From positions 385,640,001 through 385,704,000 of the forward strand of contig OZ024740.1 of assembly GCA_964016885.1 (NCBI GenBank): DNA of 64,000 nt, written 5' to 3'. The notes beneath the pieces are model-generated. The model had not been told where the DNA came from and ran no database searches. It saw only the letters and a list, made by a program, of their open reading frames with translations. This DNA comes from Eledone cirrhosa. Its lineage: Eukaryota. The position numbers and the translations under genes are program-made. Below are positions 39,236 through 51,849 of the stretch, piece by piece. Within the stretch, counting starts at the first letter, position 1. The number at the start of each line of letters is the position of its first letter.

Positions 39236-41407
39236 AGAAGTGTATTTCAGTAGAAGCTTTCCATTTCTATGATAGTGTGTGTATATTCCACAGAAATATT
39301 AAGAATATATTCATTTCATTAGGACATTTTTAACCATAAGCTGTCATACATTGTGACATATCACAGATATGAAATTACTAATTTAACATGATTTATTTCA
39401 TTTATATCTCTGCTTATCTTTCTAATAGACCATGCTATACAAACATAGTGTCCCCACCCAGTTAATGAACTACCTCATTAAGAGAAATATCTGGCATCAA
39501 ATATTTAACTGTTGTCTAATTAATATCTCAAATGTTAGTGCTTTAAAATAATGACACAGTTTTCATCTTTCTTTTTAAATATTTATAAACTATGAACTAA
39601 TTTGGGTTATAAACTACACATGGTACAAATATGGATGCTGAGTGGTTACTTCTTATTCTAGATATTTTAAAAAATTGCCAAAATATGTTCTGGTATACTA
39701 TTTCATCTTATCATACTTGTCTAAGAAATTCATAATCAGTTTTGTTGAATTGTAGTAAATAAAAAGAGTCTTCAATAATAAAATACATGATTCGAAGAAT
39801 CACAAATTATCTCAACTATGTTAGAACTCTAAAACTAATGCAGTTTGGAAAATAAGTTATGGTAGTGCTGGGAAGAGAGGGAAATAGAGACGTTTTAAAA
39901 AAATATTAAAGAATTGCCTGCAAAATATTGCTCCTTGGCTTATTTCAGTCATGAGTGGCTCCATAATTAGAAGTGAAAAAGAAAAAATTCTGTATAATCT
40001 TGAAAACATTATTTGCAGTCAGATAATAAATTTCGTGAATTAGTTCAAGCTAATATAATGAAACATGTTCCATAAATAAGAATTGAACAATAATAAAGAA
40101 GTTGAGTTTGAAGTGTAACATTTTCACGCAGCAAATGTAAGTGGCTCCTTGTTTCTGCATCAATATAATTAAAGAATTTTTATTTATTTTTAGTCATCTT
40201 TTTTCTTCATTCCCCCCTCAATGTTAACATGAATTTGAGATGAAGATCCTATTTTCTATAAGCAATGCATTCATGTGACATTCATGATTTCTGTTTCTGT
40301 GTTCATGTCAGCTTTGAATTAGTGTGAAGATTATTATTAATAAAGTTAGATAAAACTTTAAACACCCATCAGCTTTGAATAATTCAACTTAACATTTCCT
40401 TTAGATTTTATTCTTTCTAGCATCAAAGAAATTGGTTCTAATAACATTTTGGCACAACTATTGAAATCTCTGATTCTAATTGTGTCAGATTTTATTAATT
40501 TTTTTCTATCACCTTGACACTCTCAAGGTAATCTACCTCTTACCTCTATTTCTGTTCATCTCCTCAATCAATGTTGATAGTGTTAACTAAAACAGTCCTC
40601 AAAATTAAGTTATGAATGTGAAATCTGTGAAGAAAATGGACATATCTTCTGTATGAAATGTCTCTCTTTGTAACAAAGAGATCACTAGCAAAGCAAGTTT
40701 TATTGTTAACTGGTCAATAGTTAGGTCACGCCAATGACTAGCCCTAATCTTGAGTGACAGCAAATCATAAATTAATCTTGTAAAGTGGCTGAACACATAT
40801 TATAAGCAGATTGACTGACTGTTAGTTTCTTGTACATGGTGAAAAGCAATTTGGTGTTGTAGAGAAATTGATAAAGGAGAGTTATCGATAAATACTGTAT
40901 TACAAATTGATGTTGATGCTGATGGCTATAGTTTTATTAATCAAGCTATAAAAATCATTGCTATGTATATTTTAAAATGACACTAGGATTTATCCTGATT
41001 TCAACTCTCTGGGATCAAGTAAATAAATACTAGTAATATGTTAGGAGCTACACCCATCATACAAATATGTGGATTTGTGTCAATGTTAGAACTCTTTTAT
41101 TATATATTAGTTAATCCTATCAGTTTAACTGATCTCATTCTTAAGATAATAATAAAGTATTTATTGGCCGCTATGGCTGATAAGATTATGGACAGTGGAG
41201 ATTTACATATAAAGAAGCATGTACAAAGAGAAAAATTCTAATAAAGTAACAAATAAAAACCCATAACAAAAGTTTTTCCCAATAGGGAGAGAACAACCCA
41301 TCAGTTAATTTTGAACTCCATAAATCCTAAACTATGCTGAATACCAAGAGTACCGTAAGAAAGTGCCCCTCTTCTCTCTGCACTCTTCAGCCTACAAGCA
41401 CATGCTC

Positions 41408-41617
41408 AATTTCTAATTTTGGCACAAGGCTAGTAATTTAAGGGCAGAGCAAAGTCAATTATATCAACCCCAGTACTTGACTGGTACTTTATTTTATTGA
41501 CCTTGTAAGGATGAAGGCAAACTTAACCTCAGCAAGATTTGAACTTAAAAAGTAAAGGGTTGTAACTATGCCACAAAGCATGGTATCCAATGCCCTATCA
41601 GTACTGCCAATCCACCT
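41408..41617 (-). mobile_element. Meta-type SINE
   Basis: GGCACAAGGC...CTGGTACTTTATTTTATTGACC...GATTTGAAC...CTGCCAATCCACC. Confidence 0.85.
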
Positions 41618-42079
41618 AATAATGATAATAATAATAATAATAAAGCATTAGATGAGGTTTTCTTACATTCTACAGCAGTATCAGCCTTATTTGCTATGTG
41701 TGTCTTATAGAGTTGCCTCTAAAAATTTTCCATCTTTTATGACGTTTTATGTATCCAACTTCTTTCCTATATTGCAGAAGTTGGTTGTTGTGCAAATAAC
41801 ATGACTGCATTTTATTTACAATAAAATATTCAACCATTTCCTTAGTATACTTCTAATGAAATAAAATGCTTGAATTGTATATTTTAAATTTTGAAAACAA
41901 TCAAGAATTTGAAAATATTTAGTAATATAAATAACTTTCTCATTAAAGATTCTTGAATAAAATTATGATAGAAGTTTGTTTTATATAAATAAACACTTTT
42001 GTATCATAGAACCGGAGGGGTGATGGAGTTTCAAGTGGTTTGGATTCAAAAGATAAAGTAAAAATCTACCTAGTATTTA

Positions 42080-42275
42080 CCATATATACTCAAATATAAG
42101 CTGACCCCCGCCCCACCCTCAATTTTATATCTGAGAAATAGGCAAAAATCCAAAACTCATTTATAAAGCAAGGCAGCTAATCAACATGTTTAAATGGTGC
42201 ATATAAGCCAATCTCCCATTTTACCATCGATTTTTTGGTCACATATTCCTCAGCTTATATGGTACATATATACAA
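42080..42275. mobile_element. Decayed pogo/Tc1-mariner-type MITE
   Basis: TA-CCATATATACTCAAATATAAGCTGA left end and TCAGCTTATAT...ATATATAC right end form imperfect TIRs. Confidence 0.5.
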
Positions 42276-42609
42276 TTTCATCAAAAAGCAAGAAATTCTA
42301 ATTATTTATATAGGGTATATTATAAATATGAACAATGTTCATTTATTTATTTCATTATTGCATTAAACTAAGAAAAATGGTTTGAATAAATGATTAACTG
42401 TCAAAATCTGTTAGGGCAAAGCAATAAAATGTTCATAAAATAAGTGTAGTAATATCCCCGATAACATTGCAAATTATATCTATATAGATTAATCATCATC
42501 GTTTTTATGTCCTCTTTTTTATATTCCAACTAGAATAATCTAACATTGCATTATATCCTGTCAGAATTGAAACAGAAATCTTAAGTTTGCTCAAAGGATA
42601 ATTTATTAA

Positions 42610-42863
42610 CTCTTAGTATCCTGGAATGATACTAAGAGAAAATGATACTAGCAGAAAATATCTAAATACAGTTTTGTTAATTTAAATGTTAAAATGACCA
42701 TTACTAGTGGTGAAAATTTGGTGAAAATTTGAAAAAAGGTGAAAATTTGCAGCAAAGTAAAATAACGACTGTAATGTTTAATGTGATGGAGTTATAGTAC
42801 TGCTTTTTTACTTTTTAAGAATATCTTACTAATGTTGTTTCTTGCTATATAGGATGCTAAGAG
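42610..42863. mobile_element. piggyBac-type MITE family 3
   Basis: TTAA on both sides; 13-bp TIR CTCTTAGTATCCT/AGGATGCTAAGAG with one mismatch. Confidence 0.8.
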
Positions 42864-43140
42864 TTAATGAGCTCTGTTAGATATCAAATGTGAATATTTT
42901 CCAGGCCATTGAACAAGCAGTTTGATTTTAATTTTGTTGTATTGCTTAACCAATCATAAAATAATAAATTTCTAAAAGAAAAAAAAGCAACAACATATTT
43001 GAAATAAGAGAAAAAAAACAAAAATATTCAATGAAGCTGTGAGTTACGATGAGTGTGTATGCCATAGTTAGAAGAGGGTACTGATGCATTACTGTTAATC
43101 TTTGATTGAGAATGTCCTAACTTTTGTTGTTAATCTATAC

Positions 43141-43274
43141 CAGGGATTGGCAAGTTCTTCTTCATATTTGTTTTTCACTCAAATGTATATTATATCATAT
43201 ACTATGTATGAAAATTTGATATGTCCAAGGGTTACATAAAAACACTTCAGTGACTCATTTGATGCTAATCCCTA
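43141..43274. mobile_element. hAT-type MITE
   Basis: TIR CAGGGATTGGCA/TGCTAATCCCTA; exact 8-bp TSD ATCTATAC at 43133-43140 and 43275-43282. Confidence 0.85.
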
Positions 43275-44267
43275 ATCTATACAATTATTGTGATATATCT
43301 CGACTACCTATATACAGAAGTCGTTTTTCATTACTTGATATGTATCTTTTCAACTTCAGTATCATTTGTTTGACACCTATATTTTATAATATATATATAT
43401 GATGATCATCATCGTTTTTACATTTGTTTTTCCATGCTTGCATGGGTTGGATGGGTCCTCCTCAGCTCAGTATCTCTCCACTCACCATGTTTCTTCATCA
43501 TCTCCTCTGTGAGTCTCATTATATATATATATAGATATAATTATTTTGTTTCTCTGAAGTGTCTCCTGTCTACCCACAGAATATATCAATCTTTCTGTGG
43601 TATTTAGTACTCATTTTCAGGACCATTAATATTAAGCATATATATATACATACACACACATACAGAAACTTATGACCAGGTTCCATTCCAACCAGACAGT
43701 TTTATATTGATATGGATATGGATACAATGTAAAAGCCTCTATGTATGACCTGGTGTGGATGGCTATATTATATGCATTATAGATATGTATTGAACTATGT
43801 AAATACTACATTATTTGTGTGCCATATTATACGTATTTACCCAGGCATAGTTTTAGCTTCTGTGTATATATATGGACGTATGAATATTTGAATGTAACTA
43901 CTGAAGCTAAAAGGAGGCCACTTTTAACTTTGTCAAATTATATGTATAAACAATGAGAGTGAAATTTCAGTTTAACAGATTTTTGAATTTGCATGACACG
44001 TTTCACATTTGTATGGCTCAAATGTAGTTAACGTTATGTAATACCATTGCAACATATAACTCAACTCCAATTCATTTAGCTCATCAGATGTTAAATACAC
44101 ATACACACATGTGTATAGTTTAGTTAAACTGAATTTTTTTTCTTGTGAGACAAGTTTCATATCTAAAAATTACAGTGGCATAAAACTTGAATTACAAGAA
44201 AAAGTATTCATTCTATTGAATAATCTCTTGTGTTTAAAAATGACAACTCTTGATATATGTATATATA

Positions 44268-45778
44268 TCTACTTATATATATAACCAGCAATTTCTCTGT
44301 CTGTCTGTACGACAGTGCGTAGAGAGAGAGTGAGAGTGAAAGAAAGAGACAGACTACGAGAGGGGGATAGCGGGAGAGAGAGTGAATAGACGCTAAAACA
44401 CATGCTATAGAAACATTACCTTCCCCTCTCCACTGACTTTGGTCACTGAGGCCGAGGGAATCGCTGGTTGCTATAGAGACACCTTGCACAAGCCAGAAGT
44501 AACCAGTTCGAGGCGGTTCTGACTTGACACCATGCGAAGAAGGTTGCCATTGAATTTGTGGTTGTTGCTGCTGATAATAAGGACCATTTGAAGAAGGTTG
44601 CTGCTGATGAGGTAATTTATTAATCAGATTGTGCAGTTCCATAACCTACGTTTGATTTGTTCAAGTTTTTTCTTCAATTTTTTTTGTTGTTTTTTTTTAT
44701 TTCTTATTGAAAAAATATAAATAATAAAATAAGATTAGAAATTTAAATACAATTAAATACGATTTAATTTCCATTTCCAGCAGCCAATGTCCAGTGTTCA
44801 ATTTCATGAAAAAATTGGAAATAATTCAAAAAATTGAAGTTTAACTTTTGAACATTTGTTTTGACAATAAAAAAATATTTCCTTATTCACACCTAATGGT
44901 ATGATTAAAATTTCATAGGAATATTTTTTTCTAACCTCCAGTTATTTAAATATTATTAAAAATAATTTTTTTTTTTAAAAGAATGGAAGATTTTGTTGAT
45001 TTTTTTACCACCTTCCAAGCCTTAAACACTAATTCTCGCGAATTTGTGTTTTGTATTGACTCTCAGGATGCTGCTATTGTTGATTCCAATAGTGCCTGGT
45101 ATTCGAATATGTTAGTATACAATTTTTTTAATAAAATTAAGGCGCAATTAGAGCTGCCAAACAAAATTTTTTTTGGCTTCGGCCCATATTATTTTTGGGA
45201 AAATTCTATTGGCTCTAATGAGTCTGCCTCTGTTGGCGTTATTTGCGACAGTCACCATTTCTTGATTTTCAAGTCTCCTTATAATATATAACCAGCAATT
45301 TCTCTGTCTGTCTGTCCGGCAGTGGAAACACGTGCGCGCGTGGTTGCTATCTCTCTCTCTCTCCAGCTATCCCTCTCTTTTAGTCTGTCTGTTTCTCTCA
45401 CTCTCACTCTTTCTCTTTGTAACACACTAACATTCCTCCCCTCTATCGCTGTGATGAATGGGGAGATGGAGGTGGAGGAGGAGGAGAGAGTCACTTCGTC
45501 ACTTCACCTCTGCCTTTCTTTCTCTCCCCTCTCACTCCCTCATTACGTACAGACATTAGGGCAGTGGATTGGCAGAATCTGTAGAGAGTCGGACACCATG
45601 CTTCATAGCATGTAGTTACGTCCCTTTACGGTCTGAATTCAAATACCGCCGAGGTTAACTTTGCCTTTCATCCTCACAGGGGCGATAAAATAAAGTACCA
45701 GTTTTTCCACGATTAAGTCTGTTGGCGGCCCGCATTCCAAAATACCTTATCCCGTGCAACGCCGGGTACCACTGCTAG
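44268..45778 (+). mobile_element. Complete non-autonomous composite Helitron (1.5 kb)
   Basis: A|TC 5' end (TCTACTTATATATATAACCAGC), subterminal hairpin CCCGTGCAACGCCGGG at 45751-45766, CTAG|T 3' end, no TSD. A second 5' terminus sits at 45274 and a SINE fragment at 45558-45702. Confidence 0.92.
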
Positions 45779-45780
45779 TA

Positions 45781-45952
45781 TAATATAGAAATGGCTTCTA
45801 CAGGAAGAAATCATCAGGGCTTCCTGATGATTTCTCCCGAATGAAACAGTTCTAGTCCTGTAGAAGCCATTTCTATATTAAGTATTTATTCTCTGCTATG
45901 TATTGAGTATCTTCTTACTGTGGTTACCCCTGATTGAACCCAGGATAAACTT
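45781..45952 (+). mobile_element. Fold-back, hammerhead-bearing short element (Penelope pLTR-like)
   Basis: Left arm 45781-45818 is an internally deleted inverted copy of 45823-45880; homologous to 25744-25936; ends in (TA)n. Confidence 0.75.
45818..45868 (+). ncRNA. Type I hammerhead ribozyme motif (predicted)
   Basis: GGCTTC-CTGATGA-T TTC TCCC GAA T-GAA-ACAG TTCTAGTC CTGT-A-GAAGCC: stem I 6 bp, intact CUGAUGA and GAAA core, stem II 3 bp with a U-U at its base, stem III 4 bp, GUA cleavage triplet (cut after 45862). Confidence 0.75.
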
Positions 45953-45989
45953 ATATATATATATATGCATATATATATATAGTAATAAT

Positions 45990-46182
45990 AATTGTTTCTA
46001 CTTTTGGCACAAGGCCAGCAATTACCCTAGTGCATTACTGGTGCTTTATTTTATCAACGCCGTAAGGATGAAAGGCAAAGTTAACCTCAGCAGGATTTGA
46101 ACTCAAACTGTAAAGACCCATAACTCTATGCTGCAAAGCATGGCGTCCAGCCCTCTACCGATACTGCCAACCCACCGCCCTT
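45990..46182 (-). mobile_element. Meta-type SINE
   Basis: Same consensus as 33082-33273, reversed. Confidence 0.9.
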
Positions 46183-48397
46183 AGTAATAATAATATATAT
46201 GACTAGATAGATATAGATATATATATCATCTTTAGCCTTTAATGTCCATTTTTTCATGCCAGCATGGGTTGGACAGGTCATCACAGACCAAGTTAGTACT
46301 TAATCAGAGTTACTAGCCTCCCACTGAGGCTGGGAGGAAGGGGCACATTTTGTTTAAAGTGTGTGTTGCCAACAAATGGATTGTGTCTTTGAATGAAAAT
46401 TAGATTGTATGATGCATGCATGAGTAGTGTGATGCTGCATGGTAGTAGGACATGAGACTTGAATACAGTGAAACATATTGAGCAAGCTCTGTTAGATGTC
46501 TAATGTTAGTCTGCATGTACAACAAAGCACAGATGAGCTGGGAGAAAAACAGAGATGTTGTATTGGACAGGACTCATCTAATCCATGCTAGCATGAAATA
46601 ACAGATGTAAAAATGAGAGTAATATATCATAAATATACTAACCTCCACTTTGACTTGACCAGATGTAAACACTTGAGCATACATTCTCTTGGATTTCTAA
46701 AATAAAACTTTTCCACATCCATCTAAAACTATTGATTGTATCTCAAGTGGCACTGTACCCACTTTGAGAAATACTCATTCAAACATACTTATCTGTTATT
46801 TGTGGTAATTTATTGAGAATTTTACATGTAAAGTGAATTGTTATTCTGCATTACAACTTCTTTGCATTCAGGTTTTCCTTGTTATTGCTGACATCATATG
46901 ATGTAGATCAACTCAGTTTTATATCAAGTATTTGATTAGTACAGATTCTTCATTCTTATCGCACACTTGTTTATTTGCAATGGTCTACAGATCATAGTTT
47001 TAACTGTCTTGCTAAGTTACATAGGTGTTTCTAGCCAATGTTATGAACTGACAAAGTAGTATAAAATTTATATCTTCTGGTGATTGTTAAGCTAGCCATA
47101 GCATGCACACAGCTTTTACATAACCTTATAGAACTAAATGGTCTGTTTTTAGCAAGGTTACATAAATATTACCTCCATATAAAAATTCAGCTCTGTCTAG
47201 TTGATGGTAATTTTTCTTGTGATTAGCATTTGTTTGTTTTTGGTTTTTTGGTGTTTTTTTGGGCAGCAAATAGTTTTGTCTTTTTATGAAATGGAATTCT
47301 AAATGTAGAAATAATAAATTTACTGGTTTCTGCAAAAAAAGTTTCAAAATTGTTAAATAGATATGATTCTGAAATGCCATGTGTATTTGTATATACTTTG
47401 CAGTGGTAGATAAGTCACACACAACCCTTTGTGTATATATTTTCACACTTACATAAGTTGCCTGTTGCTTTTCATAAATTCTGTTTTGCAACTTTGTGAT
47501 TCTGCTTAAATAATGATTTCTAATTTAGACACAAAGCCAGTAATTCGTGGGAAAAAGGGGATTGGCAATTATATCAACCCCAGGACTTTACTGGTGCTTT
47601 ATTTTCTCAACCCAATGATGATGAGAGGTAAAGTTGATCTCAGCAGATTTATTTGAATTCAGGCAAAATTGACTTTTATGCAGCAACTAATGAGAATTGT
47701 AATTATAGGCAGCAGATGAAGAACTGCATACATGTTTTATACAAGTGGAAGGCTTGTATATACAAATTTATGAGGCTATACATCATTATTGGTGTGTTCA
47801 TTTTGAAGAAAAATCAAATTCTGCTTAAGCATTTATTGTTTCTGTGTATCAACATATATTTATTTCAACACAGATAGTCAAATAGATTACGCAATGACAT
47901 GATCAACCTATCATACATATTCAATCATTTGCCAGTGTGTGTGAGTGGCTAGATGTTAGTGTGATGTAGATTTCAAACTTATAGCAAGATATGGTAAATA
48001 TGGTTTTTGTGCCATTGGTATTTTCTCACATTTTCACAAAACCACAGCTTTGTCACAAAGGGATTTTTTTTTTTCGTAATTGAAAACTCTTTCCTAAGTA
48101 ACTTAATTTTCTTAGAGGAGTGAAAGGCAAAGTCCAATCTAGCAGAATTAGAAAATTCAGAATCATCATGTTTCATCTGTTCTCTGTAGACTGAATAACA
48201 TGGGTTACTGTTATGCTATCCATGGTTAACTATGAGCATCTACATATTGGAGCTCTAATCCTTTACATGCTGACTAGTAAGACATGGCGAGATTTGAACT
48301 CAGAATGCAAAGAGCCAGAATAAATACTGCAAAGCATACCACATACTACTCAAATGTTTCTGCCAGTCTATTTGCTCTAGACTGTCATTTTATTTAA

Positions 48398-48624
48398 CCC
48401 TTTTGTTACCATATGTTTAATGAAATATATTTCAATTAATTAATGTAAAATTTTGAGGGATTTACTAAAATGAATTATTGTTTCATTACTAAGAGAGTAA
48501 CTTAACATATGATTCTTATATAAAATTATGTTAGAACATTTTCATTTAAATAGGAACCCTTTAAAATGGGTACTTTTTTTTGTAGAACCAGAAGCAGTTT
48601 CAGGCAGTTTAGTAATGAAATGGT
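48398..48624. mobile_element. piggyBac-type MITE family 2
   Basis: TTAA-CCCTTTTGTTACCATAT left end; body matches 13785-13990 reversed. Confidence 0.65.
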
Positions 48625-49164
48625 TAGCTATATTGAAAAAAAAAGAAGGCGAAATTGGCCTCCACAGTATCTGAACCCAAAGAACAAAAATAAAAACTAC
48701 AAAGCATTTCATCCAATTCTCTAATGCTTCTGCCAATTTTCCATCTTATGTATGAAACTAAATATTCTGATCTCTTTGTTGCTGTTACTCAACTACCTTA
48801 TCCAACTTCCATTTGCTTAAGTGATCACGCCCAAAGCCAAAACTCATAATAATAAACTGAAAGTGTTCTCATTCTGAAACAAGCGGTATCATATGTACAA
48901 TATTTTAGAAAATAGTTGTCTATGCATTGCAGTAGGTGGGTTTGGGGATTTTATGATATTGTAAACAGTGTTTTTACCTTTGGGCAAACAACTTTGTATG
49001 AATTTTGATAATTTCTCAATTCTCTTTCACAATAACTCTGTTGCTATTGTGACAGCAAACTAATGAAATGTCTGTCACCAATTTATAACAACATACTACC
49101 ATATCATTGGTTGTTGTCATGATTTAAAATGTTATTAAGAAAAATAAAGAATAAATGAATAAAT

Positions 49165-49329
49165 AAATGTGTGTATGTTTTTATATATGTACGCATGTAA
49201 TGTATCAATGTATGTGTGTATGTATATATATTATATATATATATATATATATATGGATGTGTATGTTTGTGTGTGTATATATATATATATGTGTGTGTGT
49301 ATATATATATATATGGATGTGTATGTGTG

Positions 49330-49360
<31 letters not shown>

Positions 49361-49412
49361 TTAAATACATGTGTGTGTGCAAGTATATATTTATGTGTGT
49401 GTGTGTATACAT
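49165..49412. repeat. (TG)/(TA) compound microsatellite
   Basis: Directly visible. Confidence 0.95.
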
Positions 49413-50349
49413 ATTTTTAATATACACAACAAATAATTTGATATCTTCCAAACTCTATATTTTGCACATTTAATTAACATAGAGCTTTCATCTTTATTAT
49501 ATCAACTAGTGTGTGAGTAAGCATATATGTATGCACAAGTATGTTGGAGTGAAGGTGTATAAGTGTGTGTATATTTGCTTTTCTATGATATTGAATTACA
49601 GCTTATACACCTTTTTGTGTACTATGTCTGAATTAATATTGTTGTTGTTGCTGTTGTCGTTATTATTACTATTATTCATATATTCAAATAATTGAGAATT
49701 TTTTCTATTTTTATTTCTTCTATTTTTATAATATATGTTTATTTATTTATTTATTTTTGAAAATTAATGGCACAAAGTGGAAAGCTATCAATTTTATATT
49801 TTTATATACCGACATTAACAAAATTATAGCCACTTATTATAGCCAACCAGCTTAAAGATAAATCTTATAATATGGACTTAGTTTTGAATAAATCATACAT
49901 ATTAATCAACATATTAATGTAGTCTTTCTTTTATTCATTTGTTCATCTTGAAACCTACTCATATATTAATTCAAACCTACTTGTTTATTAATTATATATT
50001 TTTTAACCATGGATGCATAACCAAACATTTTCTATACACATATGCATGCATATAAATACACATTAGAAGAACTATATGTATCATGTTACTAAGTTTGGTG
50101 GGTGGACACAAGTTGTTTTTGTATTGCCCTAGATGAACCTTCATTGAACAGACCTGTAATCAAAGATCTTCCAGCCGTGACCATCTTATCTTTTCTCTTC
50201 AGGCATAGTGTACTTATGGCTACATTATACCAGTTAAGTGTGATATGATGTAAATTCACTTTTGCATATAAATGAAAAAGATAAACAAATAACAACGCAC
50301 ACAACACAGTACAATGAAGAAATTTATTAGTTTTATGTTTGATATAGTA

Positions 50350-50920
50350 GGAAAAGAGTCTTAACATTTCAAACAGTTGTCCTTCATTCAGTCAGCCATT
50401 TTGGAGAAATGCTCGTCAGTAGTTATATTAGCTATTAGAGAGGATTAGAAAGAAAGGTAATCATTGTCTATTTTGAGTGGACATGTGTAGGCTTGTCTGT
50501 TTGTTTGTGCAAAGTTTTGAAGAATGGGCATTGGACTGTGATGGGGCTGACTGCAGTGAGGCTGTTGAGGTGTAAGTGAACTCATGCCCATGAACTGACT
50601 GATGCGGGGAGAAATATAAATAGGTATATGAAATTCTTCATATAGATATATAGATACATATGTAGCAGTTGCAAAGAGTTGTATAGAAAAGGAGATAGTA
50701 GTGAATATGACCGTTGCCTTATATATTTCATTTTGTGGTATGACTCTTTGTCTGATGGACCTGTACAAGAAAAAACCAGAGAGCATAGATGATGTTGGTA
50801 GAGATGCAGGTGAATGCAAAATTAATGGTTCAAACCTGTGAGGGTGGAGAGGTTTGTTATGTATGGACAAGTATTATGGGGGAGAGCAGGGACAGGAGCT
50901 TGGTGGGGTCCTCGGGGAGG
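50350..50920 (-). mobile_element. Decayed Penelope-like element: GIY-YIG endonuclease remnant and pLTR with eroded hammerhead cores
   Basis: With frameshifts the minus strand gives PSSCPCS..NTCPYI and FTCISTNIIYALW (PLE PC..C.TC and FTC.S.NVIY pattern). Downstream are CTGACGA-GCATTTCTC-CAAAA and CTGAATGA-AGGACAACTGTTT-GAAATGTTA. Confidence 0.6.
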
Positions 50921-51739
50921 TATATATATATATATATGCACACATACATATGTGTGTATGTATTCCTCAGTTATTCCATTAATAAATCCGCTTCACTTTG
51001 TTTAGGAGTTTCCATAGAGACAGTTACATATAGTAACTGATTCAACCCAACTGTAATATAATCTGTAATTATATACTAAGTATCTCATAAGTTAATAATT
51101 ATTTATACATTATCACTCTTAGGGTCAATAGAGTAATTACCATAGAAATAATAAAGATTATTTCAACTCACTATATTTTTCTTCTACGCTATACTCATAT
51201 ACTACCATTGCCCAATATATCTTTTCTTGGTAGTGTGCGATAGTTGGGGAAGATTTGGCTACAGTTTCTAATGGCCACTTAAAGGCTCCTTCATTTGCAT
51301 TGTTTTTTGTTAATACTCAGTATCACTTATCTAGTTGAGCTTTATTTTCGTTACTCATTACTCTGTAATCACTTTACTTATCTAGATTTTTCCCTGTCAA
51401 TGTAGAATATCACTCACTACTTTACATATCTAGTTTAGATTTTTTTCTTGTCAGTGTATATCTTGTCACTAATATATCCATTTTTTCCATGTTTGTTTTT
51501 TCTATTCATTTTCTGAATTTAAAAAAAAACATCAACAGACAGTTGAGTGATATTTTTCCTTGGTAAAATAACACATGTTGTATAACACAATACAAATTGT
51601 TGACATTTCCACGATTAGGTTTAATAAACAGCTAACTTGACCAGCCTGTTACTTTTTATAGATATGATTTATAGATAGTATTTTTCATTATTTATTTTTT
51701 TTAGAATTCTTACAGAATTAAAATATACACAAAAATAAT

Positions 51740-51828
51740 TGTTTCTACTTTAGGCACAAGGCCAGCAATTATCCAGTGCATTACTGGTACTTTATTTTAT
51801 CAACCCCGTAAGGATGGACGGCAAAGTC
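51740..51828 (-). mobile_element. 5'-truncated Meta-type SINE with 18-bp TSD
   Basis: AATATACACAAAAATAAT at 51722-51739 and 51829-51846. Confidence 0.9.
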
Positions 51829-51849
51829 AATATACACAAAAATAATATA

